Below are positions 20,392 to 28,879 of a DNA stretch of 64,000 nt, piece after piece. The notes beneath the pieces were generated by a model. It made no database searches, was not told where the DNA came from, and saw only the letters and a list, made by a program, of their open reading frames with translations. The translations under genes and the position numbers were made by a program. The stretch spans positions 6,566 through 70,565 of the forward strand of contig JANOVV010000065.1 of the NCBI GenBank assembly GCA_031417555.1, in the 5' to 3' direction. The stretch comes from Bacteroidota bacterium (GTDB lineage: Bacteria > Bacteroidota > Bacteroidia > AKYH767-A > 2013-40CM-41-45). Position 1 is the first letter of the stretch, and every line of letters begins with the position of its first letter.

Positions 20392-21222
20392 ATGACAAAA
20401 TTCAGGTTGAGATTGCTTTTTATTTTTCTGTTTTTTACAATTTCAATTCAGGCACAGGATATTATCCGAACAAAAAAAGATACAATTCAGGCCAAGGTTC
20501 TTGAAATTGGATTGGATGAAATCAAATACATCTATTTTAATAATCTTGATGGCCCTGTGTATGTTATTGCAAAATCAGATGTAATCGAAATCACCTATAA
20601 AAATGGCACAAAATATTTTAATACTCCTGATCCATATGATGCAAATAAGGAAGTTGCCGTCCGAAATAAAACGCATTCAATTAAATTCGAATTTTTTTCA
20701 CCACTTGGAAATGATATTGCCTTTGGCTACGAAAAAATGATTAAGGTTGGAACAAACCTTGAAATTAAAATGGCCGTTATCGGTCCGGGTTTTATAAATG
20801 ATGAAAGGAATGCGTCCGGATTTTGGGTAAAAGGCGGAGTGAAATTCTTAACCAGTCGATCAGAATATTTACATAACGGTCTTAAATTTATTCATGCACT
20901 TAAAGGATTTTATATCAAGCCGGAATTTATTTTCAACACTTATTCAATTGATGATTATAACTATTCTAACACTGTTCCAACCCGTACACAAAAGACAAAT
21001 TTCGCCATTGATATCGTTTTCGGGAAACAATATATTCTTGGCAATGTGATGACTTTTGAATATTATGCTGGCTTTGGATATGGCATTCATTCCACCGGAA
21101 AAAACAATTCAATATATGGCTATGATTCTGGTGATGAAGATTATCAATATAGTCATACTTATGGAGGAACAGAATTCCCAATAGTATTAACTGGCGGATT
21201 TACACTGGGTGTTCTTTTTTAA
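20392..21222 (+). CDS. Hypothetical secreted/outer-membrane protein
   Basis: ORF track starts at TTG 20344. ATG 20392 gives MTKFRLRLLFIFLFFTISIQAQD, a signal peptide. Alternating hydrophobic pattern with aromatic-rich C-terminus GGFTLGVLF suggests a beta-barrel. Confidence 0.45.
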   Translation: MTKFRLRLLFIFLFFTISIQAQDIIRTKKDTIQAKVLEIGLDEIKYIYFNNLDGPVYVIAKSDVIEITYKNGTKYFNTPDPYDANKEVAVRNKTHSIKFEFFSPLGNDIAFGYEKMIKVGTNLEIKMAVIGPGFINDERNASGFWVKGGVKFLTSRSEYLHNGLKFIHALKGFYIKPEFIFNTYSIDDYNYSNTVPTRTQKTNFAIDIVFGKQYILGNVMTFEYYAGFGYGIHSTGKNNSIYGYDSGDEDYQYSHTYGGTEFPIVLTGGFTLGVLF

Positions 21223-21331
21223 TTCTGATTTATAAATGAATCAGGTATAAAAAAATAAAAAAGTAAATATTTCAATCCTTTTTTCCGTTTACTTTTAACT
21301 ATTTTTATCCCTTCAATCAAAACTAACATTT

Positions 21332-22147
21332 ATGAAAATGAAATCACTAATTATTCTAATTGCAGGTATTTTATTTCTTAATAAGTCATCGAACGCTTTA
21401 AATCCTTCACGTGAATACAAGGTAAAGCCTGAAAAATACGGTATGGTTTACAAGGAAGAAAAAATAAATACAAAAGACGGCGCTTCTTTGAATGCCTGGT
21501 TTTTTGAAACAGCAAAGAAGACTACCAACTGGGTAATTATCAGCGGCAGTGGCGATGGAAATATGGCTGATAATATTGAGATCTGCGGACAATTTCTTTC
21601 TGCCGGTTGGAATGTTTTAATGTATGACTACCGTGGCTTTGGATCCAGCAGCGATTTTCAAATTGATGCTGATACATATATTTATCCTCAGTTTCTTAAT
21701 GACTTGAACGCAGCTGCTGATTACCTGCGCAAGTCGAGAGCAATTACAAAATTTGATTTGTATGGAACCAATATCGGCGCCGGACTTTCCTTGGGTGTAG
21801 GTTGCAATCGCACTGAGACACGAAAAATTATTGCAGACGGTTCATGGACCGGTCTGGAACAAATGAAGAAAAAAATAAAAGAGAAAAAAGGAAAAGATGT
21901 AATTATTCCTTTTGGCTACGATAAAACTTTTGAACCCATGTATGCCTGCGATAAAATGCGCCCAACTCTCAAAGGAGTTTTACTTATCGTTTCTCCGCAA
22001 GATGAAATGATCACTCCGGTAGACATGAAACTACTAAGATGCGCCACACAAACATACATCGTCCCTGCCAGCCCATCGAATGCTGAAAATTTCTCTACCG
22101 ATAAAAATGTTTATTTCGAAAAGGTGAGTAAGTTTTTGATACAGTAA
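21332..22147 (+). CDS. Alpha/beta-hydrolase fold protein with a GTNIG nucleophile elbow (Asn in place of Ser)
   Basis: 271 aa, signal peptide, YDYRGFGSS and DLYGTNIGAGLSLG segments typical of the a/b-hydrolase core. The nucleophile position reads N. Confidence 0.5.
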   Translation: MKMKSLIILIAGILFLNKSSNALNPSREYKVKPEKYGMVYKEEKINTKDGASLNAWFFETAKKTTNWVIISGSGDGNMADNIEICGQFLSAGWNVLMYDYRGFGSSSDFQIDADTYIYPQFLNDLNAAADYLRKSRAITKFDLYGTNIGAGLSLGVGCNRTETRKIIADGSWTGLEQMKKKIKEKKGKDVIIPFGYDKTFEPMYACDKMRPTLKGVLLIVSPQDEMITPVDMKLLRCATQTYIVPASPSNAENFSTDKNVYFEKVSKFLIQ

Positions 22148-22313
22148 ATGGTTTGAAAATTTGTTGATTTGAAATACGTTTTGTTTGTCCTGCAGTGCCG
22201 GTTTTTTTTCGAATCTTAAAATTACTGCTCGGCGTTGTCTAACTCCAGCTGTGATGGACTTGATAACCCAATATTGCTTTCCTACATCTCACAAATATAT
22301 CAAAACCAACGAC

Positions 22314-23238
22314 GCTTCGACGGACATTCGTCCGTTGTTTTGAGCAGTGTGATATTTATCCACTTTTCATGGCTCATCGTCTATGAATAATTCCATAATC
22401 AGATGCGGCGAATAGATAGGCAACAGCTTTTTTCCTTCTGCATTCATTTTTATTAAATATAAGCAGGTTCATATAAGCATGAAAACCGAAACTGTATGGA
22501 TCTGAATATTCCTTCTTCCTATTTTAGCCCAAAATATTTACAACATGAGAAGTGGCTTTCATTACAACATATATAAAGATAAAACCTATTTCTTAACAAT
22601 GACAATTGTCGATTGGATTGATCTGTTCACACGTATAGCTCAGAAACAACTAATCGTTGATTCGCTGAAATACTGTCAAGAAAATAAAGGGCTAAACATT
22701 TTCGGCTGGTGTCTGATGCCGAGTCATCTGCACCTGATTGCAAACACCAAAATACCGTTTGATCTCGATGATGTAGTGAGGGACTTCAAACGTCACACTT
22801 CTAAGCATGCAATATTTCTAATAGAAAATGCACCGGAAAGTCGCCGGGAATGGTTACTTGACAAATTTGCTCATGCAGGAAAGACACATCCTAAAAATAA
22901 AAATCATAAAGTATGGAGGGATAAAAATCATGCAATTGAATTGTTCACAGAAAAAGTGACATGGCAAAAACTGAAATATATACATCGCAATCCGGTTGTT
23001 GACAAAATTGTTTACCATGAACAGGATTATCTTTTTAGTTCTGCTCGGAATTATTACGGATTACCAAATGTACTGGAGATTGATTGTTTAACTACACCGG
23101 TTATTACTTCGTCAAGTAATAATTTCTTTAATCCTTAAGTGTCTTTTAACAAATATTGTCGATTATTAAACTCGATGAGCATTTAATGGTGGATGAATAT
23201 CACACAACTCAAAACAACGGACGAATGTCCGTCGAAGC
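22314..23238 (+). mobile_element. REP-like hairpin / RAYT / REP-like hairpin unit (IS200-like element with inverted ~47-bp ends)
   Basis: 22314-22360 (GCTTCGACGGACATTCGTCCGTTGTTTTGAGCAGTGTGATATTTATC) is repeated in inverted orientation at 23192-23238. Each copy contains the palindrome ACGGAC-ATTC-GTCCGT. The two copies flank the Y1-transposase ORF. Confidence 0.7.
22545..23138 (+). CDS. REP-associated tyrosine transposase (RAYT; IS200-like Y1/HuH transposase)
   Basis: 197 aa with the HuH motif in LMPSHLHLIAN and a C-terminal KLKYIHRNPV segment typical of TnpA_REP/Y1 transposases. Confidence 0.8.
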   Translation: MRSGFHYNIYKDKTYFLTMTIVDWIDLFTRIAQKQLIVDSLKYCQENKGLNIFGWCLMPSHLHLIANTKIPFDLDDVVRDFKRHTSKHAIFLIENAPESRREWLLDKFAHAGKTHPKNKNHKVWRDKNHAIELFTEKVTWQKLKYIHRNPVVDKIVYHEQDYLFSSARNYYGLPNVLEIDCLTTPVITSSSNNFFNP

Positions 23239-23427
23239 AGTTCTTATACCAATATTGGTTAACTTGATTGAATTACATTCTCTATTTTGAAATTCCTTTC
23301 CGGAATATGCACTAATTGAAGTACGTTTGGCGGCGTAGTCACGCGTAGGTGAGTTGGTGATCCTAATCAAATTGTATTACTCGCGCTAGACTACTCCGAG
23401 CCAAGGGTCCGACTTCAATATATAAAA

Positions 23428-23682
23428 TTAACCCTCCGGTATAGCCACAACCCCCTTTATTTCCGGAACCATACGAAATATTTCTTGTTCTATTCCTGCT
23501 TTTAATGTCATTGCACTCATATTGCAGGAACTGCATGAACCATGAAAGCGTAGGTGCACGATCATATCTTCTGTAATTTCAAGAATGGAAACATTGCCGC
23601 TATCCGCTTCAAGATAAGGCCGAAGTTGGCTCAATGCCTCTTCAACTCTCCTGTATATTTCCGGATTTTCTAAACGCTTCAT
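23428..23682 (-). CDS. NifU-like Fe-S cluster assembly domain protein (Nfu-type)
   Basis: 84 aa with the CxxC pair (GSCSSC) of the NifU C-terminal domain. Confidence 0.8.
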   Translation of the reverse strand: MKRLENPEIYRRVEEALSQLRPYLEADSGNVSILEITEDMIVHLRFHGSCSSCNMSAMTLKAGIEQEIFRMVPEIKGVVAIPEG

Positions 23683-23700
23683 GGTAAAAAAATAAAAAAA

Positions 23701-24804
23701 TTAATACGCTGTTGCTCCTACTCTAACCGAAGGTGGTTTGGATGCATTACGAATGGCAATGTTACGAACTAAATAATCAGCTACTTCATGAAATGCTTTC
23801 GCTGCCTGTGTGTCTTCATCGAGTACAATCGGTAAACCCGTATCTCCACCTTCACGAATACTTTGCACCAAAGGAATTTCTCCGAGAAATGGAATGTTCA
23901 ACTCATCGGCAAGTTTTCTACAACCTTCTTTTCCGAAAATATAATATTTATTATCTGGTAATTCTGCCGGTGTGAAATAAGACATGTTTTCTATCAGTCC
24001 AAGAACAGGAATATTTATACTCTCAAGCTGAAACATATTTATTCCTTTTCGTGCATCTGCTAAAGCAACATGTTGCGGTGTACTTACTATCACTGCTCCC
24101 GTCACCGGCACTGCACTTACGAGTGTAAGATGAATGTCGCCGGTACCCGGCGGCAAATCGATTAGCATGTAATCCAGTTCTCCCCACTCTGCATCACTGA
24201 ATAATTGCTTAAGTGCTTTCGATGCCATTGGCCCGCGCCACGGTATCGCTTTGTTTGGGTCTACAAGCATGCCTATAGACAATACTTTAACACCATATCG
24301 TTCAATCGGAATCATAAAAGATGTTCCGTCTCTTTCATTCACAAGTATTCTTTCTTTTTCTACACCAAACATTATATGTTGTGAAGGACCATAAATATCG
24401 GCATCGATCAAACCGACTTTTACACCTTTAGAAGCAAGCGCAATGGCCAGATTTGCTGCTACCGTTGATTTTCCAACCCCTCCTTTGCCTGAAGCAATGG
24501 CAATTATATTTTTTACACCAGGTAAAAGTGCATCTTCACTTTCGCGGCCACTGGTGGTTTTTGCCGTCATATTTACAGTAACATTAGCACTTTCATCCAC
24601 AAAATGAATGATGGCATTGATACATGCTTTCTGAATCAGAGCCTTTAAAGGACAAGCGGCTGTCGTAAGTATTACGTCAAATCGAACATTTTTCCCGTCA
24701 ATTTCAATATTATCAATCATATTGAGGGTAATAAGATCTTTTTTAAGATCCGGTTCGATGACATTCCTTAAGGCATCGATGACATTTTCACGGTTAATTT
24801 CCAT
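23701..24804 (-). CDS. apbC: Mrp/NBP35-family Fe-S cluster carrier ATPase (ApbC)
   Basis: 367 aa with N-terminal DUF59-like region, deviant Walker A IAIASGKGGVGKST, and a CxxC pair. Confidence 0.9.
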   Translation of the reverse strand: MEINRENVIDALRNVIEPDLKKDLITLNMIDNIEIDGKNVRFDVILTTAACPLKALIQKACINAIIHFVDESANVTVNMTAKTTSGRESEDALLPGVKNIIAIASGKGGVGKSTVAANLAIALASKGVKVGLIDADIYGPSQHIMFGVEKERILVNERDGTSFMIPIERYGVKVLSIGMLVDPNKAIPWRGPMASKALKQLFSDAEWGELDYMLIDLPPGTGDIHLTLVSAVPVTGAVIVSTPQHVALADARKGINMFQLESINIPVLGLIENMSYFTPAELPDNKYYIFGKEGCRKLADELNIPFLGEIPLVQSIREGGDTGLPIVLDEDTQAAKAFHEVADYLVRNIAIRNASKPPSVRVGATAY

Positions 24805-25017
24805 AGATTGTAAAGATACGAAGTTGAAAATGAAAATAAGATTTTTGCAATACTATTTCCATAAAAAAATCTTTTAAACCCTTCTAAAATCAAATTCCAA
24901 TTGCATTCATAAAACATAAAGCTAACAAATATTTAATTTATCTAAAGCCGTATTGAGTTGTTGATATTGAATCACCACCTAATATTTTTACAAAATTTAC
25001 CCGATTTTTTTTGATAC

Positions 25018-25191
25018 TTAAAACTCACAAGTTCCGCCAGCCGGCGGATGACATTCATGTCGCATAATAATGTGCCGTCCACTTGCCGCCGAAGTAAAGT
25101 TGATATAGGTAACAAAATTTTATTGGCGGCAAGTGGACGGCACTCCCAATCCAAATACCTTGTCATCCAGAAAGGAACTTGTGAGTTTTAA
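25018..25191. repeat. 174-bp nested palindromic element (MITE-like or structured RNA). 18-bp terminal inverted repeats TTAAAACTCACAAGTTCC / GGAACTTGTGAGTTTTAA enclose a 19-bp perfect inner stem and an intermediate 8-bp stem.
   Basis: Outer stem 25018-25035 pairs with 25174-25191. Inner stem 25072-25090 pairs with 25125-25143. An extra stem GGATGACA pairs with TGTCATCC. Lies in the intergenic region upstream of apbC. Confidence 0.55.
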
Positions 25192-25399
25192 GAATCTGTT
25201 TTGGAATAAATTATAAAATTGAATTCCCGATTTATTTTAATTTAGTGATGAATCAACAGAAAATTGGTTATCTTTTAATAAGTAATAATTGTTAGCCTAA
25301 CTAAAATGCAATAGCATTCAGAAGCAAATCATTATTCAATATTTTATAAAGATAAACAGCAATAAATCACTTTAAATTATATTGATAATTTACCACCAA

Positions 25400-25750
25400 C
25401 TAATCAAACTCAAGTTCCACCATCGGATCCCAAAAATGTTTTTTAAAATCTACTACCTGATCTTTTTTAATCTTAACACCTTCCTTTTCCAACAGCTTTT
25501 GCATGTGTGATGGCGTTTGAAAATGATGTTTCCCAGTTAACAATCCGATACGATTTACAACACGATGTGCAGGTATTGTAGGTCGAACCGTATGAGCACC
25601 ATTCATAGCCCAACCAACCATTCGTGCCGAACGTGCAGTGCCCAGGTATTTTGCAATGGCACCGTAAGAAGTTACACGGCCTTTAGGTATCAGTCGCGCA
25701 ACGGCATAAACCTGTTCGAAAAATGAATCAAGTTTTTTTGAGGTCTTCAT
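25400..25750 (-). CDS. MGMT-family alkyltransferase-like (ATL) protein. DNA-binding domain of O6-methylguanine methyltransferase with the acceptor Cys replaced (PAHRVV instead of PCHRV).
   Basis: 116 aa, GRVTSYGAIAKYLG...ARMVGWAMNG...PTIPAHRVVNRIGLLTG. The 4-bp start overlap with trmB suggests co-transcription. Confidence 0.75.
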   Translation of the reverse strand: MKTSKKLDSFFEQVYAVARLIPKGRVTSYGAIAKYLGTARSARMVGWAMNGAHTVRPTIPAHRVVNRIGLLTGKHHFQTPSHMQKLLEKEGVKIKKDQVVDFKKHFWDPMVELEFD

Positions 25751-26421
25751 ATTTTAGAATTAATACGAAATTGAATGTAACAGATTTTTGATCCCTCCTT
25801 CAGCCAAATTTTTTCATAGGTAGTTTTAATAGAGAGAATTTCATCTTCTTCATATTTACTGTACAAATCATCACTGGAAATAAGTACTTCACATTTTTCT
25901 TTTTCTAAAACTTCGATTGAATAATCATACAATGGCTTACTGTCTGTTTTCAAATTTACAACTCCCTGCTGAATCATAAATTGGCGGTACAAATTTAAAA
26001 AACGTAAAGAAGTGAGTCGTTTTTTTTCACCTGATGTAGCTAAATGTGGATCAGGAAATGTTATCCAGATTTCATCAACTTCATCTTTACCAAAAAAAGA
26101 ATGGATATTCTCAATTTGAATTCTTAGAAAACCAACATTTAATATTTTCTCTTCGAAAGCTGTCTTTGCTCCTCTCCACAATCGCGCTCCTTTCCAATCT
26201 ACACCTATAAAATTTTTTCCCGGAAATTTCGAAGCCAGATTCAAAGTATATTCTCCTCTGCCACATCCTAATTCAAGAACAATTGGATTGCTATTCTTGA
26301 AAAAATCCGTTTTCCAATTTCCTTTTAATCCATCATCCTCCGGTGGAAAAATAATCTTAGGTTGAATAAGGTTCGTAAAAGTTTCATTCTCTTTAAAACG
26401 CTTTAATTTATCTTTTCCCAT
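25747..26421 (-). CDS. trmB: tRNA (guanine46-N7)-methyltransferase
   Basis: 224 aa, SAM-binding VLELGCGRGEYTLNLA and the ITFPDPH motif. Confidence 0.85.
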   Translation of the reverse strand: MGKDKLKRFKENETFTNLIQPKIIFPPEDDGLKGNWKTDFFKNSNPIVLELGCGRGEYTLNLASKFPGKNFIGVDWKGARLWRGAKTAFEEKILNVGFLRIQIENIHSFFGKDEVDEIWITFPDPHLATSGEKKRLTSLRFLNLYRQFMIQQGVVNLKTDSKPLYDYSIEVLEKEKCEVLISSDDLYSKYEEDEILSIKTTYEKIWLKEGSKICYIQFRINSKI

Positions 26422-26568
26422 AACAGCGTGTGAAATTAGTAAATTGAGTAACGATTAATGGGTTGCCTTATAATTTTCTGAAAGTTATTTTCTCCAATAT
26501 TTGAAATAATTCTGGATAAATAGATTGAAAATCATAAATAAATCATACTTTTATCTGTCTACAAAGCA

Positions 26569-27624
26569 ATGTCCATGCAGGTTTTGAAAGAAAAAAAAAT
26601 ATTGGTTGCTGCACTCGATTGGGGTATAGGACATGCTACGAGGTGTGTACCAATTATTCGACGACTGCAAAATCGTGGTTATGAAGTTATTCTCGCTTCA
26701 AATGGGACAGCTAAAGATTTTTTCAAAAATTATTTTCCTGAATTATTAATTATCGACAAACCGTCGTATAATATATCCTACCCAAAAAACGATTCAATGG
26801 TTACTGCTATGGTCAGGCAGCTTCCTTCAATAATCAAAACAATAATACAGGAACATCGTTGGCTGAATAAAATAATCAGTGAATACAAAATCAACGAAGT
26901 TATTTCTGACAATTGTTATGGATTATGGAATAAGAAAATTTATTCCGTTTTTATTACTCATCAATTAAGGATAAAATGCCCGGAAGGGGTAAAATTTTTA
27001 GAGCCTGTTATCAGTCGAATAATTTCATTTTTTATTCGCAGATATGATGAATGTTATATTCCCGATTTTGCAGGAAGTATTAATTACTCAGGCGATCTTT
27101 CACATAGAAAAAAAATACCGGCACATGCAAAATACATCGGCCCACTTAGCCGATTTAGTGAAAACAAAAGTGAACTGGAAGCAGAGCCCTTTGATGTCGT
27201 AGTCTTATTAAGCGGCCCGGAACCACAACGGACTATCTTAGAAAATAAATGTTTTAAACTTCTCAAAGGACAAAATAAAAAATGTTGCTTCATTCGCGGA
27301 TTGCCCGGGAATTCTGAAAGAAAAATAAATTCAGAAGAAATTACATGGCACAATCATCTACCTGATGATGAATTAAAATCCGTTTTATTGAATGCAAAAA
27401 AAATTGTCTGCCGGCCGGGTTATTCAACAATAATGGATCTTGCAGAACTAAAAGTTAAAGCATTGCTTATTCCCACACCCGGACAAACAGAACAGGAGTA
27501 CCTTGCCTCTCACAATAAAGAAAATGAACAATTTGAAGTTATCAGTCAGAAAAAAATCAATCTGAAAGATCTAATCAGAGAAGTGAACCGCCCTGCGGTC
27601 AGATTGATGGTTCCGTTTTATTGA
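26569..27624 (+). CDS. Glycosyltransferase, GT-B fold (GT1/GT28-like, MurG/UDP-glycosyltransferase related)
   Basis: 351 aa. N-terminal ILVAALDWGIGHATRCVPIIRRL (Gly-rich acceptor-domain motif) and C-terminal donor-binding region. Confidence 0.6.
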   Translation: MSMQVLKEKKILVAALDWGIGHATRCVPIIRRLQNRGYEVILASNGTAKDFFKNYFPELLIIDKPSYNISYPKNDSMVTAMVRQLPSIIKTIIQEHRWLNKIISEYKINEVISDNCYGLWNKKIYSVFITHQLRIKCPEGVKFLEPVISRIISFFIRRYDECYIPDFAGSINYSGDLSHRKKIPAHAKYIGPLSRFSENKSELEAEPFDVVVLLSGPEPQRTILENKCFKLLKGQNKKCCFIRGLPGNSERKINSEEITWHNHLPDDELKSVLLNAKKIVCRPGYSTIMDLAELKVKALLIPTPGQTEQEYLASHNKENEQFEVISQKKINLKDLIREVNRPAVRLMVPFY

Positions 27625-28124
27625 ATATTTAAAACGATCGCCGCCGTCGAAACAATGTTACTTTTGTGTAAAGAGCGGTCATAAATAAATACATCAAATC
27701 GGAAAGTATCTTTTACTGCCAGTGATGACAAAAAAATATCGCAGGAAATATCTCCCTTCAATGATTTATTTTTCACCGTCGGAGTTAAATAAGGCAGCCT
27801 CCCGCCAAATCCTGTTATGGATGGACGCTCAACCCATGCTCCATTAACCAGCTGAAAAAGTGTTGCTTGATAATTTCTGTAATACTCACTTGCCGGATCA
27901 TCAAAGATTGGATGATTTTGTCCAACGTCTTTATAACCAACATCACCATCACCATCGGTAAAACTTAAATTAATTGTAATATTTTCATCAAAACCCTGCG
28001 CATTTTGACTTGAGTAAATATCTTTAAAAGTAATTATAGGTTCTATTGGAAATTCATCCGGCTTCTTACAAGATGAAGCAGCAAAAGCTATGAGTATTGA
28101 TAAATAAAAATATTTGAATTTCAT
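27618..28124 (-). CDS. Hypothetical lipoprotein
   Basis: 168 aa, signal peptide with lipobox (AASSC). Confidence 0.4.
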   Translation of the reverse strand: MKFKYFYLSILIAFAASSCKKPDEFPIEPIITFKDIYSSQNAQGFDENITINLSFTDGDGDVGYKDVGQNHPIFDDPASEYYRNYQATLFQLVNGAWVERPSITGFGGRLPYLTPTVKNKSLKGDISCDIFLSSLAVKDTFRFDVFIYDRSLHKSNIVSTAAIVLNIQ

Positions 28125-28184
28125 GAATGATTTTGAAAGTATAAATTTACGAAATTATTTCGGTTCAAATCAAACAAAACTTAT

Positions 28185-28700
28185 ATGGCATTAATTCTAC
28201 CCATTAAAAATATTACACCTAAAATCGGCGCCACCTGTTTTCTGGCCGATAATGCCACAATAATTGGCGATGTCGAAATGGGTGATGAATGTAGCATTTG
28301 GTTTAATGCGGTTATAAGAGGCGATGTCAACAGTATTCGTATTGGTAAGCAGGTGAATATACAGGATGGGGCCGTTATTCATTGTACTTATCAAAAAGCG
28401 AAAACCATTATCGGAAACCGTTGCAACATCGGGCACAATGCAATCATTCATGGCTGCCGGTTGCAAGATAATGTCCTGATTGGAATGGGCGCTATCATTA
28501 TGGATAATGCTGTTATAGAATCATTCAGCATCGTCGGCGCCGGTTCTGTTGTCCTTGAAAATACAATAGTGGAAACAGGATTTATTTACGCAGGTTCCCC
28601 GGCAAAAAAAATAAAAGCGATATCCCCTGAACAAAGAAAACTTTTAGAAGAACTCCCGGATAGGTATATAATGTATAGCCAGTGGTATAATCCAGATTGA
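28185..28700 (+). CDS. Gamma-class carbonic anhydrase family / hexapeptide-repeat protein (YrdA/PaaY-like)
   Basis: 171 aa, left-handed beta-helix hexapeptide repeats, conserved His-containing segments IHGC and IGHNAIIHG. Confidence 0.85.
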   Translation: MALILPIKNITPKIGATCFLADNATIIGDVEMGDECSIWFNAVIRGDVNSIRIGKQVNIQDGAVIHCTYQKAKTIIGNRCNIGHNAIIHGCRLQDNVLIGMGAIIMDNAVIESFSIVGAGSVVLENTIVETGFIYAGSPAKKIKAISPEQRKLLEELPDRYIMYSQWYNPD

Positions 28701-28879
28701 TCCCAATAGTAATTGAATAATCAGTAATTTCTTTTAGCTCTCTTTTCTCTGCGCCCTCAGCGCCCTCAGCGTTAAAAAAATCCACCTTTACATTCACCAC
28801 CACCTTTGAAGCAAAGTCAAAATCATTACACCTAACCAACCGTATTACTAAATTGATAGGACAGTGTTTTAACGCAAAG

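Noticed and set aside
24972-25166. 64-aa ORF on the minus strand upstream of apbC
   Set aside because: It lies inside the 174-bp nested palindrome. Such structures generate spurious open frames, and it has no start-site context or motifs.
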